Part shown: positions 10,401 through 24,553 of the stretch, one piece after another
Position numbering within the stretch: position 1 is the first letter of the stretch
How the letters are laid out: each line of letters starts with the position of its first letter
DNA from: a virus
Lineage: Duplodnaviria > Caudoviricetes
Strand: one strand, 5' to 3'
Virus record (IMG/VR): IMGVR_UViG_3300003155_000119
Span: 32,001-96,000 of that record
DNA: 64,000 bases
Notes under the pieces: generated by a model
Told to the model about the DNA's origin: nothing
What the model saw: only the letters and a program-made list of their open reading frames with translations
Database searches by the model: none
Program-made: the position numbers and the translations under genes

Positions 10401-13400
10401 TATAAGAAATCTATAGACTTAGAATGAATTACTTTCTATTCAAATAGATTTAGAGAAATAGAGATAGAAGGTAGCATATCAGGATGCCGCAGACACTTAT
10501 AAAGAAACTGCTCCAACAAGAAGAAAAGACTATGAGAAGGCGGCAAATGAAACTGCTTATAGCGGTCTTGATGATTATAGAAGAAACATTGGTATTGCGG
10601 CATAGGGTGAGACTAGCCTATACGATATAAAGGCGAGTGATACTTAGGGATTTAACCAGTGGCAAGAGCAAAGACTGAATGAAATAAAAGAGTATAGAGA
10701 GAAAGCCGCAAAAGCTGGTTCTGATGTAGAAAGAGCTTACTTTGAAGAGCGCGCTGATTATATGGACCAGCTCTTCCAAGACGATATCGAAAGATGGAAG
10801 TATATCAATACTAATTTCGTCGATTATTTAGGCTAGGCCGCACAAGAGGCTACAAACTATCTTGCTCTTGACTCTCAATTCCAGGACGACGAGGCGGTTA
10901 AAGAAGCGCAAGAAACTATTCGTCAATACTACGAAGCAACTGGAGTCTATCAATAGAAAGTTGCGGAACAGGTAAATGAATTAATAACGGAGAATAAAGT
11001 AGCTTGGAAAGATTTTGTTGATGATACTTAGTCTATTGATTTTAATCAAATATTTGCTCAATAGAATCCAGAACAAGTTCTATAGAGCGTATTTGGTGAT
11101 GATTTATTTGATGCAATTCAACAAAAGGCATAGGAATTAGGGTTATCCCTATATGCGTTCTTACAACCTCTAGCTGACGATTCAGGTATTATTAATCTTC
11201 AGTCTATTGCGGAATGGATTAATATAATAGCAGAAAATACTGAGTCCGCAACCGAGACCGCAGATGATTATGCTTCTAAATTAAGTTTTATAAAGACTTT
11301 ATCTTAGACAATCTCTACTTCTGGAATAAGCAGTATTACTGATGACGAAGATTTAAAACAACTACAAGAATTAGAAAGTGAATATTCTGTTCTTGCAAAT
11401 ATCCAAGATAAAAATTCTCATGATTATCTTGAAGCACTAAGATATATCCAAGAACAACTAGAAGATAATCATAGAGCGGAACTAAATAATATTAAAGATG
11501 AAGCGTCTGAAAGAGCTAAGACCGCGGCTCAGAACCTAAAAGATTTGGAAGCGCGGAAAGAGGAACTGGAAGGGTTAAATGACGCTCTATCCTAGAGTGA
11601 ATTAGACGACGTTATAGTTGATATACAGGCTAATACCAATGAGCTACAAAACGCAATTAATGACGTTATCAGCGCAGACTATGAGTTAAAAGTATCTATT
11701 AATGCGCAAGACCTAGCTTCCGATGTGTCTGATGCTTTTGATTTCGCAACAGAAATATCCAATATTGGTCAATTCATTACAGATGATTTAAAAGTGTCTG
11801 TCGATGAAATGAGACAGATTGTAAATGCTGGATATGGCGCAATGTTGATTGATGCTTAGGCCACAACAGATGGAATGGTTCAATTAAATGCGGCCCAAGT
11901 AAATGCTTTTATTGATGGAAAATAGTCTGAGGTAGAGGCGTCTCGTTAGGCTTATATTGCGCAACTAGAACAGTCATTAACCTACTTAAATGGACAAAGA
12001 GAATACATTTCTTTAGAGCTTCAAGCAGTAGAATCTGCTTTGGCCGCAAAGAATACTGCCTAGGCGCAAAGTAGTCTGTATGAATTGAGAGCTAGACAAA
12101 ATGGTTATGAACATTATGTTTAGCTATTGTCTGAACAACTGAGCGCGGAGGATGATTACAGATACTAGAGTGAGAATATCTCAGACTAGCTGAACGAGTT
12201 TAAGGCGCAATAGTCAGAGATTGCTTATCTGAATCAATAGAAAGATGAAAGTGATGCAACTACTCAATAGGCGCAAGAAGTAAAGAGAAGAATTGAAAAC
12301 CTTGAAAAATATTATAATTCACTTGTTTCTATTGGTCTAGCTACTAAACAGGCAATGTCTGGAACTGAAGTTACAGTTAAATTCTCTTCTGGTAGCCCAG
12401 TTGGTGGAGGCGGAATAGTTGATTCTGGTAATTTTGAAATGCAGAATCCGCTTGACCGCGATTAGAGTAGAGATTATGCTATTAATACCGACTTTGATAT
12501 TGGTGCGTTATTAGACGAATGGATGGGCTCCGATTGGTCTGAGGCTGGGCGGCAAGAGTTAGAAGATTTAAGAAAAGGCTTATCAGATACTTTAGCTTCT
12601 CTTGATGCACAAGCTGGTGCGCTAAGAGGAAGTATTGAAGCGCTTAAAGCTGCGAACCTTGGCGTTGATTATTAGCAAGCTGGCTCAGGTGGTAGTTCTG
12701 GAAGTAAAAGCGGAGGCTCAACACCTAACTAGAAGGAATTAGACTTATATAATGATAGGCTTGATGTCTTCGCAGCAATAAACGAAGAAATTGATAAGTA
12801 TGAAGCTGGTTTAAAAGCGTTACAAGAGGCAGAACAAAATGCTTATGGCGCTGAATACGCTAATAATTTAAATAAACAGCTTGACTTAATTAAAAAACTA
12901 AAAGAGGCGCAAGAAGAAAGACTTGAAATCGCAAAGAATCAAGAGTCTTAGCTAAAAGACGAGCTAAGCGGAATTGGTTTCACTTTTACTGACGAAGGAG
13001 TTCTTGACAGAAGCAGATTAACTGAGCTAAAGAATTTATATGACCAGGCCGCGACTGTTTATAATAATATGTCTGGTGAACAACAGCAATCAGAGTAGGG
13101 TCTTGCTCTTGAAAAACAATTAGAAGATTAGAAAGATTATATATCTTAGATAGAAACCCTAATTGGTTTGTGGGAGGAAGCGCAAAAAGAAGGTAATGAC
13201 GCAACTACATAGATTTCCTCTTATGAGCAGCAAATTATAGAAGTAATGGATAAGCTCAAGCCAGGCGAACAAATTGAGCTTTGGGAAGAGTTTAATAAAG
13301 TAATTCAAGAATTTGGCGACATTACTGATTTAGTTGATTCAAAATTAAGTGCTTTATCTGACGAGCAAGATCATCTTGCAGGAAATGACTGGATAGAAAA

Positions 13401-16248
13401 TATTAATAAACAGATTGATGCTCTTAATTTAAAGAAACTTACTTCCGTTGTTGATGCAGTAAAAGATTTAGGTTCTGTGGCTATTGATGTTAAAAAATCC
13501 TCAAAAGATTTTAAAGACTTAATGAACAGCTTAAAAGAGCTAGCTAAATAGAATGATAAGTTGGCGGCCTTTGATATAAATATTGACCCTGACCAAATTA
13601 ATGCTAGTGCAGATGGAATAAAATATATATCAGATACTTTAATGCAGCTATTTAATGCCTACAATAGCATGGAGGCTGGCTAGCAGGATTTAAATTTATC
13701 AAAGACAATAGGAGATATACTTGGAGCAGCTTCTGGAAATATCTTAAGTATAATTTCTTTAGCAGTAGATGTAATAAATATTATAACTAATCTTGCAGAT
13801 ATACTACATAATATAAGAGAATAGATTATTGAATTGAGAATTGAAAAATTTAATAAACCAGTTGATGTTACTCTTGATTTATATGATATGCAACAGCAAT
13901 GGAATGAATTTAGGCGGCAAGTGATAGATGATTTAGCTGAAGATGACTTTGTCGGCAAGATGAAACAAAGTTTACGCGAAATTAAACAATACTATGAAGG
14001 ATTAGACTTTAGCATTGGAGATTCATTATTTGATGAAGACAGTATTAATGGAAGCATGAATTTAATGGATACTTTAAGTTCTCATCTTGGTCAAATTATG
14101 CAAGAAATTCAAGTCATGATGAGCGGAGAAAAATCTGATATATATGGAGATCATATGCAAGATGCTTTAGATGACCTTAAAACATATATGACTTCACTTC
14201 AGGATGCATTAATTGATGTTGCGGAACTAGAGGACGAAATATATCAAGCATACTTAGATGGATGGGACGATATACAAGACGGACTCCAAGATTAGTTAGA
14301 TGAGTATGACAGAATTATGAACGAAATAGAGCATAATAAGAATATTCTATCTATGCTTTATGGAGACGACGCTTATGACCAAATGAACCAATTCTATGAG
14401 CTAGAAGAGAAAGCGAATAGTGGGCGTTTGCAGTATTTGACTTAGACGGTAGCCTACTGGGAACAAGTACGAGCAGAGATGGAAGCTTCTGGAGAAACAA
14501 GCGGAGAAGCATGGGATAAAGTAGTCCAAGCGCAAAAAGATGCGCAAGAAGAATTGAATGCGGCTTTGGAAGAAGCAATTCAGACAATCATTGATAAATA
14601 CTAGAATACCATAGCTGGCATATTTAATGACATGACTGATAAACTAACTGGCGGCATGGGGCTAGATTATATAAGCGATTAGTGGGATTTAATAAATCAA
14701 AGAGCTGATAAATATTTAGATGATGTTAATGCAGCTTATGCAATATCTGAATTGCAAGCAAAAGTTCAGGATGCAATCAATAAGAATGACGGAAACGTAG
14801 AAGCCCAAGAGCAAATCAAAGATTTGATGGACGAGCAATTATCTTATTTGCAAGATAAAGAAAATTTAACTCAATATGACGTAGAGAGAGCTGAAAAGCT
14901 ACTTGATATTGAATTAAAACGTATTGCACTATAGAATGCACAACAGAACTAGACCTCTATGAGATTGCGGCGGGACGCGAATGGAAACTATTCATACGAA
15001 TTTGTGGCTGATGAAGATGCCGTCTCGTCAGCGGAACAAGACCTGGCCGCAGCTGAGAATGAGCTATATAACTTTGACAAAGACCAGTATAATTAGAATT
15101 TGCAAGAGATTTTTTAGATGTATCAAGAGTACAATTAGAAAGTTCAAGAAATAGCTTCTGATAATACTTTGTCAGAGGAAGAGCGTTAGAAATATATATT
15201 AATGTTAAATGAGGAATACTAGAATTAGCTTACTGCATTAGTGCAAGATAATGAAACTATTCGTCAGAATTTAACTCAATCTGCTTTGGCCGCGTATGCT
15301 GAACTGTATGGACTAAGTAAAGATGAGTTTATTAATATGACAGAAGAATAGAAAGAAGCATTTATGTCTAATTTAGTTGAAACATGGAATAGCGGACTAC
15401 AATAGATGGCTGATGCTATTGCTGGAGAAGGTGGCTTTGAGAGTATAGCTAATGAGGCGCTAGAAAAAATTAAAGAAGCTCAAGATGCTTATAACGAATC
15501 TATTGAATAGACAAAAGAAGATATTGATGGACTAGATTTTACAGATTTTTAGACTTCTATTGATAATATATTAGCTACTACCGAGTAGACTATCGCATCA
15601 AATGAATCTCTAATTAATAGCTATAAGTAGGAGGCATCTCAATTAATTTAGACCAATCAATAGGCTCAAGAATATTTGGCTACTTTGCAGGCTCAAAATG
15701 AAGCAATGTATAAATAGATTGCACTAGCACAATAGTTGTATGCACAAAACGCGGCCGGAACAACTGAGGATGAATCGGCTCCCGGGTGGTTTGACGCCTT
15801 GGTTAATATAGCAGCACCAGGAGGACTAATTGGTAATATAATTACAGGCGGAGGCGTGTCAGATTCTTTATGGGAGGGAATTCAAAATTGGTTTGGATTC
15901 GACACAGGCGGATATACAGGGGACTGGAACGATAATAAAGGAAGACTTGCGGTCTTGCATGAAAAAGAACTAGTATTAAATAAAGATGATACTGAGAATA
16001 TTCTTTCTACAGTTGACATAGTTAGAGGAATATCTGATTCTATTTCAGATAATTTATCTGCTTTGGCCGCATCTTAGACACCAATTCTTTCAAACCCGTT
16101 GCCGCAAGAGAAAGAACCCGATACTTTGCAGCAAGAAGTTCATATTACGGCAGAGTTCCCGAACGCAACAGATAGAGACGAAATTATGGCGGCTTTCGAC
16201 AATTTAGTTAATGTTGCTTCCTAGAGAATTATGACTATTAAAAAATAA
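7483..16248 (+). CDS. Tail tape measure protein, about 2921 aa, many TAG codons
   Basis: Six track fragments (8410, 9085, 13246, 13834, 14752, 15736) share one frame and each ends at TAG. Tape-measure-type motifs ASLIYRQ(Q)GL, TRQAPESVGTA and C-terminal FDTGGYTG...LHEKELVLN. Long helical composition. Confidence 0.88.
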
Positions 16249-16260
16249 TAAATAAACAAC

Positions 16261-16296
16261 AGAGGGCAGAGAAATGAAAATCTGTCCTCTTTTTTT
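16261..16296 (+). terminator. Rho-independent terminator
   Basis: AGAGGGCAGA/TCTGTCCTCT stem plus T-tract. Confidence 0.8.
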
Positions 16297-16370
16297 GGTC
16301 ATTTAAGGTTAATTATATTTATTCTATTTTATATATATTTATAAGAGATAAAAGGAGATGAATAACACTA

Positions 16371-19300
16371 ATGTCAAAATAGATAGAAGATATTTTTTGT
16401 GACGCAGTACAGTTGATGGTAGATAATGCCGTTAGTAAAGCTGGGTATGACGCAACAATAAAAGCGACTATTCTAAGTTGTTCTAATGCTTTGACGGGAG
16501 AATATAAAATTAAGTATTAGGATAATACTTTAACAGTTTATTCTCTTAGCGCTGATACCACTTATAAGAAAGGCGCACTCGTATACGTCCAAGTACCAAA
16601 CAATGATTTAAAGAATAGAAAATCTATTATTGGCGCGGTTAAATCTGACGATGAAAATTATAGTATCTCAGTAGAGCAAGACGCAACTTATGACTTTATA
16701 GGGACTAATGTTGTATCTAATGGAGCTGCAACTCTAAATTCATATCATACAGAATCAAAAGAATTATATAATTATTCAAATGACGCAGAAGATAATGCTC
16801 TAACGTTAGATACTTTTGCTGTTGACGAGTATATAAAAGAAAATGGTAGTATTTACTGTGCGGCAGATTTTTAGACCTCCTTGCCGCAAGAACAATAGCT
16901 ACAAGGAAATTATGGAATTATCTTTGCTCTTGATTTTAATAGTAATAATAATGAGGAGGATGTTATTACCAAATATTATTCTATTAATGTGAATAATATG
17001 ACTGGCAATCCTTATAAATTATTATAGCCAACGCGGCAATATGCTTTTTTTGACATAAATAATGCTAATTTTATAAGAGTAAATTCTATTACTGCTTTTG
17101 TTTAGAATTTCCCTAATCAAGATTAGTTCAATACTGTAGAGGATATTTTTATAACTAATATATCACTTCAGGCCGCAAATAAGATGACGTCTGACGAGCT
17201 TGCTGGATATAGTATTAATTTAACCACACCTGAAGGTTCAATCTTTACGACAGAGGCCAGTCCAGATGCGGAATTGCCTATCGCCGCAACAGTTAAATTG
17301 CGCGGACAAGAGATAGACGATACTAATATCGAGTTCTATTGGTTCGTGGAAGATGCGACTATTAAAACAAATAGTTAGTATTACAGTTTATATGGCGGCC
17401 TAGGGTGGAAATGTCTAAACGAGTTATCCTCCACTGGTACTTTCATTGCAGGAAAGAATGAATTTAGCATAAAATTTTCTGATGCTACGGCAAGGAATAA
17501 TACTTTCAAATGTGTAGCTGTCTACAATGGAAATATCTTTAATAAAACTATTAATATAAAGAATTACTTAGCAGTAAATGTTACGATAGTATCAGATAGC
17601 GGAACAAATTTTTATTATGACTAGGGCAATCCTATTTTATCTTGCTTAATAGACGGAGTGGCTCATCCTGAATATTCTTATATCTGGTTAAAGACGGATG
17701 ATAACGGAGTAGAGGAAATAGAGAACACTACATATTAGTATAAAGTTAATATTGGCCAATTAACAAATTATGCAATTTTTAAATGCGCCGCGGTTAGCAA
17801 TGGTTTTAGTTTAGGAACGGCATCAATAACATTAACGAATAGTTTAGAAAGCGAATCTGGTTACTCTTTGACTATTGTCAATGGAACGCAAGTCTTTAAA
17901 TATGATGAAAATGGGGTAAGCCCAACTAGCTAGTCTAATGATGTGCCAATGGTATTAGAACCTTTGCGGCTTTAGTTAACATCTGCGGACGGGGCGGCGA
18001 TAGCAGATAGCGTTTTAGAAAACTTGCCTATATCGTGGGAAATTCCGACAGAGGACACTTTGTTGATTGTAGAGGAAAATAGCCTATCAAGAATAGAACT
18101 TTCATATGACATTGCCGCATCTTATAGCTATCAAAAAACAAATAATACAATTACCGCTTCTGTTACCTACTAGGGTTAGCGGTTAAGCGCAAGTACGAAT
18201 TTCTTATTCTTGAAAGATGGAGACCCAGGAACAAATGGTACTAATTTCGTATGTAAGATAATACCAAATGTAGCAAGCAATGTAACGCCCCCTGACCGCG
18301 TAATATATGATGTAACGCATGGAAGATTAAATTACACCCCGTCTGGCGCGAATACTTAGTGGGTAAGAGCTTAGCTTTGGGAAAATGGAGAGTTAATTTT
18401 TGATGGGGTAAGTAGCTAGAATAATTTTGATGTAACTTGGAGTTTATTAGCTAATAAATATAATTATAATACTTCAGATATTTCAACTCTTTAGATAAAT
18501 TCCATTACTGGATAGATTAATTGTAGTGGATATAATGAATTAAATCACGTGGCTGACATTATTAAAGTAGTAATTTCTTATTAGGGAGTAGAATATGTAG
18601 GTGTCTTGCCTATTGTACTTGTAAGTATTAAAAATTTGAGTTATAATATTAGTATACCAGAAAAATCAGGATTTCAATTCGTTACTTATAGCTCAGATGG
18701 GACTAACCCCTCTTATGACAAGTCTAATCCATTTGAAGTACGAATTTTAAATAATGGTACTGATGTGAGCGAAAATAATAATACTACTTACACATGGAAT
18801 ATAAAAGGCGCAATATACGAAGACAATAGCTGGAAAGAACAGTCTTTATTAACTGTCTCAAATAATGATAGTGATGCTTTAAATAAGAATTAGTAGAATT
18901 TAAAACCCTCTAGCTCTTATAATGGACTATGTGTAACTAATGCAGTAGAATGCGTTGTCCGAATAAGCGGGGCAGAAACTGCGAGAGTTCATATCCCAGT
19001 ATATCTAGGATTAAATCGTTACGGACTGGCCGCTTTAAATGGTTGGGACGGAAACAGTATACAGACTAGTGCGGAAGGCGGCTTTATTTTAGCTCCTTAG
19101 ATGGGGGCTGGCCGTAAAGAAACAGATAATAGTTTCACTGGTTTAGTGATGGGCGAGGTCAAAGAAGGCGGTAGCTCAACTAGTGAAGTTGGTTTATTTG
19201 GTTACAATAAAGGATAGAGGTCCATATTCCTTGATGCCGAAACGGGCACTGCCGCATTTGGAGTAGAAGGGAAAGGACAAGTAATAATTGACCCAACAGA

Positions 19301-20081
19301 GGATAGAGCGCTATTAAGGAGTGGGAACTATAGACAAGGTTACTCTGGTATGGCTATTGATTTAACTACTCCTCAAATTACGTATGGGAACGGAAATTTT
19401 ACAGTGGACAATGAAGGTCATCTGTATGCGTCCGAAGGAGAGCTGGGAGCTGGAAGTTCAAAAATTCACCTTGGAGGACAAGGGAGTAGAAGTTATGTCT
19501 ATAGTGGCAATAAAAATACATTAACATCTACTTCTACTGGTTTCTATTTGGGAACGGATGGTTTTGCTATGGGCGCAGGAAGTTCTGGCTAGAGCGCGTT
19601 TTAGATTGATACAACTGGCGCGGTTAAAGCAACTAATATATCAGTTTAGAATGCAGCCACGAGTAATGGTAGAATTGAAATAACAGCAGGCAGCTCTTGG
19701 TCTTAGATAAACTTTTATTATGGAGGCTCAAGAAGAGGCTATATCTATGGAGGTTCTAATGGCCTAGAGATATGGGGATCTCCAACTTATATTGGAGGCT
19801 CTAGGATGGATATTTCTGCCAGTTCTTTAGATATTAGTTCTTCTTCTATGTCAATTACGTCTAGTGTATTATATCTTAGACCAGGCACTTTATATGCGAG
19901 AACAAATTCTGGGTCAGGATATGCCCCAGCTATTAGTGCTACTTACTAGGTTTTATCATTAAAAACCCATGCTAACCCTGGAGTACCAGGCTTTCCAACT
20001 TTAACCAAAGTTTATTATAATATGACTTTTTATAATGGAATATTGGTAAATACTTCTTCTGGAGAAGAAACAGATGAATAA
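16371..20081 (+). CDS. Large tail protein (tail tip/spike-like), about 1236 aa, TAG-recoded
   Basis: RBS AAAAGGAG. Fragments 17184, 18606 and 19350 are in one frame. Beta-rich G/S/T C-terminus ending FYNGILV. Confidence 0.75.
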
Positions 20082-20110
20082 TATTTTTATGGAGGTCAAA
20101 AGGAGATAAT

Positions 20111-20434
20111 ATGACAGAAAAAGAAATTTATGATTTACAGAGAGACATATATTGGTATCTTTCAAATAGATTTTAGCAAAAAAATATTCCTCCTATTATT
20201 TAGAAATTAATAATAGAAGGTATATACTGTAAAATTTAGATGCTTGCAGAAAGTTATGATTGGAACCTTTTCATAGAAAAAAGAGTAAAAGAGAAAGAAT
20301 TAAAAAATAAACAAGAAACTGAAATAATAGTTCCTGATTATATGAAAGATGAAGAGTAGTAGCCTATACCAGATTATATAAGGGATTCAAAAGGAGTAGC
20401 TGAAGAAACTTCAGAGGGGGTTACTTATAAATGA
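20111..20434 (+). CDS. Hypothetical protein, 107 aa, TAG-recoded
   Basis: RBS AAGGAG. Ends TGA in an ATGA overlap with the next gene. Confidence 0.7.
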
Positions 20435-20937
20435 GTAGAATTAAAAGTTTAAAAATAAAGATAACTGATACTGATTTTGGTGAGCCAATTCCTCTTGGCG
20501 CAGATGCTACGAATGTAGATATGTCAACAGGCGAAAGTGTTGAGGAAGCAATGTTGAATAGAGTTGAGCAGGAATTCGATAACACCGCACAAGGGGACGC
20601 ATCTTTAATAAATGCTGATACTGTACAAGGAGAAGGACTAGCTCATTTATATTCGGATTTCATAGTCATAAATGTTCCAGCCTCATCTGAATAGCCAAAT
20701 TAGGAAGATATGTATTTTGCGGATGTTACTGTAAGCGGGATGACGCCTCAAAAAGCTATACTCGGAATACAAATGAGTTACGATACTAGTATAGACACTC
20801 AAAAAGCTAAGGCCGCCTACTCATGGGATTATTTAGAGACTGGAACAGATAAAATATCTTTTTATGGGACCAGCTCATGGGTTGATTCTTTTACTATTGT
20901 TGGAGTTGTGGTTTAGGCAGAGGAAGGTGAATATTAA
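20431..20937 (+). CDS. Tail-associated protein, 168 aa, TAG-recoded
   Basis: Joins track ORFs 20431 and 20710 through TAGs. Ends in a TAATG overlap. Confidence 0.75.
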
Positions 20938-21491
20938 TGCCAGAAGCGCAATATTTAAAACCTTAGATTCCGTTGAAGAAGGGAGAAGATTACTTTTATC
21001 CCTTAACAACAGATGACTAGGTAATTTTATCAGATGGTCGAAGACTTAACTAGGTAGATTTTAATAACGAGCAAATAATTTTCGTTGGGTCAAATGAAAG
21101 TTTCCCAACAAGAGGAGATTCTGGTAAAATATATGTAAAGAATAATTATTTATATATATGGAATGGTGTAAATTATTAGATACTAAGTGTTTAGACAGTA
21201 AACGGGAAGTCTGGTTAGGTAGAATTGACTGCGGCGGACGTGGGAGCTTTAAACCATCCTTCTGATATTTCTGGTGCTGCTGTAGGGTCATATTTAGTCA
21301 TATAGAGTATTACGAATGGAAGAATTAATGTAGGGTTTGCGTCAATGTCGGATATTACTGGAGGCTTTATAGAAGCAGCGAATGGTAGCGAACCAGATGT
21401 TTCGTCTAGGCGCGCAAATACTCTGTATGGTGTTCAAATGAGAGTAATTAGCGGAGACAATGAATAGTCTGTTATTAGTTATAATAACTAA
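20937..21491 (+). CDS. Tail fibre-like protein, 184 aa, TAG-recoded
   Basis: YPLTTDD(Q)VILSDG and the fibre-type motif V(Q)TVNGKSG(Q)VELTAADVGA. Confidence 0.72.
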
Positions 21492-21502
21492 GGAGGTTAT
21501 TC

Positions 21503-23488
21503 ATGGGAAATAGATATTTATGGTCGCAATATGACCTTGAATCAGTATATCGGTATGATTATAATGCAGTTTCTAATAAAATAGTCCGTATAGCAGTAAG
21601 TTCTAGTAGTAATCCTTCATACAGTAATTATTAGATACTAGCGATGGCAGATAGACCTGATCCAGTAGGACGGAATCGGTGGACGTATACCGGAAAATAT
21701 AAAATAGGACGCACTTATATGTATACAGATGATTACCCCTACTGCATAGTTTTATATACAAAGGCCAGTTCTAGTTTAATAAATTCGTTGTTAGGTAAAA
21801 CGTCTATTAGCACAGGCACATTTAGTGGTACTTTAAATATTGATTTTAATATTATTGGCGGAAGCACTAATTCTTCTCTCATTTGGGGAGGCGACTATAT
21901 ATATTGGTCTATTATGACCGCAGCAAAGACATGGGAAATAGATAAACAAGCATATACTGGTTCTTCTTCTGGATACGAAGGAGAAGTTATATTAGTATGT
22001 AGTAGTTCAGCAAATTCATCAGCAGAATCTTATAGACAAGGATTTGAATATCTTTATACTACATTAGAATATAATAAAGGAGATAAACTTGGATATAGAA
22101 CTAGTAGTTCGTCATCTGCATATCCAAGTAATGATTATAGAGGCGGATATTGGTATGAATATGCTTATTACAGTGGTAATAGATATGACAATATAGACCC
22201 AACAGCTATTTCTATTCCAGATACTATAAATGCCAATGATTATATAACCGTAACAATTACACCTAATACCGCAGGTAACGCAAATAGCGGGATGGGAACT
22301 AATACTTATTATACTTATGAATATAAATTTGGTTCTAGTGGTTCATGGACTTAGTTCCAGCGAGCGACGACATCAACAACCGCAACTTTATAGATTCCAG
22401 CAGGAACAAAAAGTGTTCAAGTTAGAGCTAGAGCGTCAGATACTTTAGGATTCACTTCAACAACATATGTTACTTCATAGACCGTAGAAGTTATTAATAA
22501 CTACCCACCCTCCGCGCCAGACTCAATTACCGTTACTGGAGTTCAAGTTGACCAAGAGGCGACTATAACCATAACGGAAGCAACTGATACCGATGGATAT
22601 ATTACTAACTACTATTGGGAGAGAAGCATAGATGGCGGGTCTTTTACTTAGATTCAAGAAACTACAAATTTAGTATTATCAATAAAAGATTAGATTAGTG
22701 CGGACTGGGGTACGGTAACTTATAGAGTTAGAGCTAAAGATGATTATGGCGAGTATGGCGATTATGCGACTTCAACTACTTACGAAGTTCAAGAAGGTGT
22801 TTTAATGATTTCAACACCTTCGTACAACTTAGGAGAACAAATTAGTCCATTTTATTTCATCTTTTAGATAAATGTCACTGGAACTCCTTCTGATACAAGC
22901 GTTCATGTGGATGTATATTTAGATGGGAGACCAAAAGAATCGAAAGATACAAACTTTGCAACTGATATATCAATACCAATAGACCCAAGATTACTAAGCG
23001 CAACAACGCATACCATAACAATTACAGCTGAGAAGGAGGGGTATACTACGGCGCAATCATCAAATGTTTTTTATATATCTGGAATAACTGCTCCAAATGG
23101 TGGAGTAGTTGAACAATTATAGAACCCTGCGGGCCAGACTGTTTTGCCGATGACACTAGGTCAATGTGTGATTGGACGAGACGGCAAAGACATGAATACT
23201 ATTATAGAAGAAGTTGAGGCGGCCCAAGCAAAAGTTTACTCTGGAAGTTATGTTGGGACTGGAACCTATGGTTCAGGAAGTCCCAATACCATTTCTGTAC
23301 AGGGGACGCCTAAAATGGCGTTTATTGCTGAGTCAGGAAGCAGTTCTGGTTTAATGTGGGGAGGAAGTCCAACCGTCGGAAATGTTACTTTTAATGCGGT
23401 AGATGGAAATTTGACTTGGTATGCTTCATCTGCTTCAGCGCAGTATAATACGACAGGAACTAATTATTATTATATGATATTAGTATAA
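21503..23488 (+). CDS. Tail fibre/receptor-binding protein with Fn3-like domains, 661 aa, TAG-recoded
   Basis: RBS AAGGAGG. Joins track ORFs 21644, 22907 and 23144. Fn3-like NNYPPSAPDSITV...YRVRAKD segments. Confidence 0.75.
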
Positions 23489-23501
23489 GGAGGAAATATA
23501 T

Positions 23502-23795
23502 ATGAAGATAATTAAAAATACTCCATTTAAGAACGGAGCTTATCCATCTATTTAGAACTGGGACGGGATTTCCGCTCCAGAAGGCTATTATATATGGCTA
23601 GATGGGCTAGACACAGAAAATTTTTACCAGTATAATGGTTTTGTAACATTAAATGTTTTAAGAGGAGCTGTAATTAGCTATACTCCTAATGAAGAGGCTT
23701 GGGAGGCATGGAAAGCCACATTGCCGCCAGAACCAGAACCTGAAACAACAGATACTGAAATATTAAATATGCTTTTAGGAATGGAGGAGGAATAA
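23502..23795 (+). CDS. Small tail-fibre-associated protein, 97 aa
   Basis: RBS AAGGAGG, one TAG, ends TAA. Confidence 0.7.
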
Positions 23796-23798
23796 TTT

Positions 23799-24428
23799 AT
23801 GGCTATAACAAGAAAACAAGCAGCTGAGCAACTAAGAAAAGCTATTCAACTATTTATAAATTCATTAGATGAAGAAACCGCACTAGAGGTTGCTACAGTC
23901 TATCCTGCGTGGAAAGTCAACACTTATTATGCGAAAGGCTAGATTATCAGTTATGGGACTAATTCTGTTGGGGACCCTCAACTATATAAAGTAATTACTG
24001 GACATACTTCTCAGGCGGATTGGACTCCAGACACCTAGGCCGCATTATTTGATGCTTTTGGTTTGGACGAAAGCGGCTACTCTATTTGGGCGCAACCCGC
24101 TGGAGCTCATGACGCATATAATATTGGAGATGAAGTGAATTATAAAGGTTCTATATATCGCTCTTTAATTAATGGAAACGTATGGGCGCCAGATGTTTAT
24201 ACGGCAGGATGGGAACTTGTAAAAGAGAGTCCAGAAGAGCCAGAGGGACCTGACGAGCCTATTACCGAGGAATATCCAGATTGGGTGAGACCTACTGGCG
24301 CGCATGATGCTTATAATATTGGAGATATAGTTAAGTATAATGGAAAACTTTATCAATCTACTATTGATGGAAACGTATGGGCGCCAGATGAATATCCAGC
24401 TGGATGGACTTTATACGAGGAAACATGA
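23799..24428 (+). CDS. Carbohydrate-binding (CBM5/12, chitin-binding-like) repeat protein, 209 aa
   Basis: YPAWKVNTYYAKG...HTSQADWTPD plus two W.xP.GAHDAYNIGD.V.Y.G..Y.S.I.GNVWAPD.Y.AGW repeats. Two TAG. Confidence 0.8.
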
Positions 24429-24553
24429 AAATAGTAAATCCTTTATTATATTAGGAAGTTTATAATACAGCTGTAAGCGTTCGATAGTAGGTGCCGCAAG
24501 AGATAGTAGACGAAGAAGAGGAGGAAGATGTGTTAAATGAAAATAATAAATAA
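24425..24553 (+). CDS. Small acidic protein or gene remnant, 42 aa
   Basis: ATGA overlap with the previous gene. Starts MKIVNP and contains 3 TAG. Confidence 0.45.
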
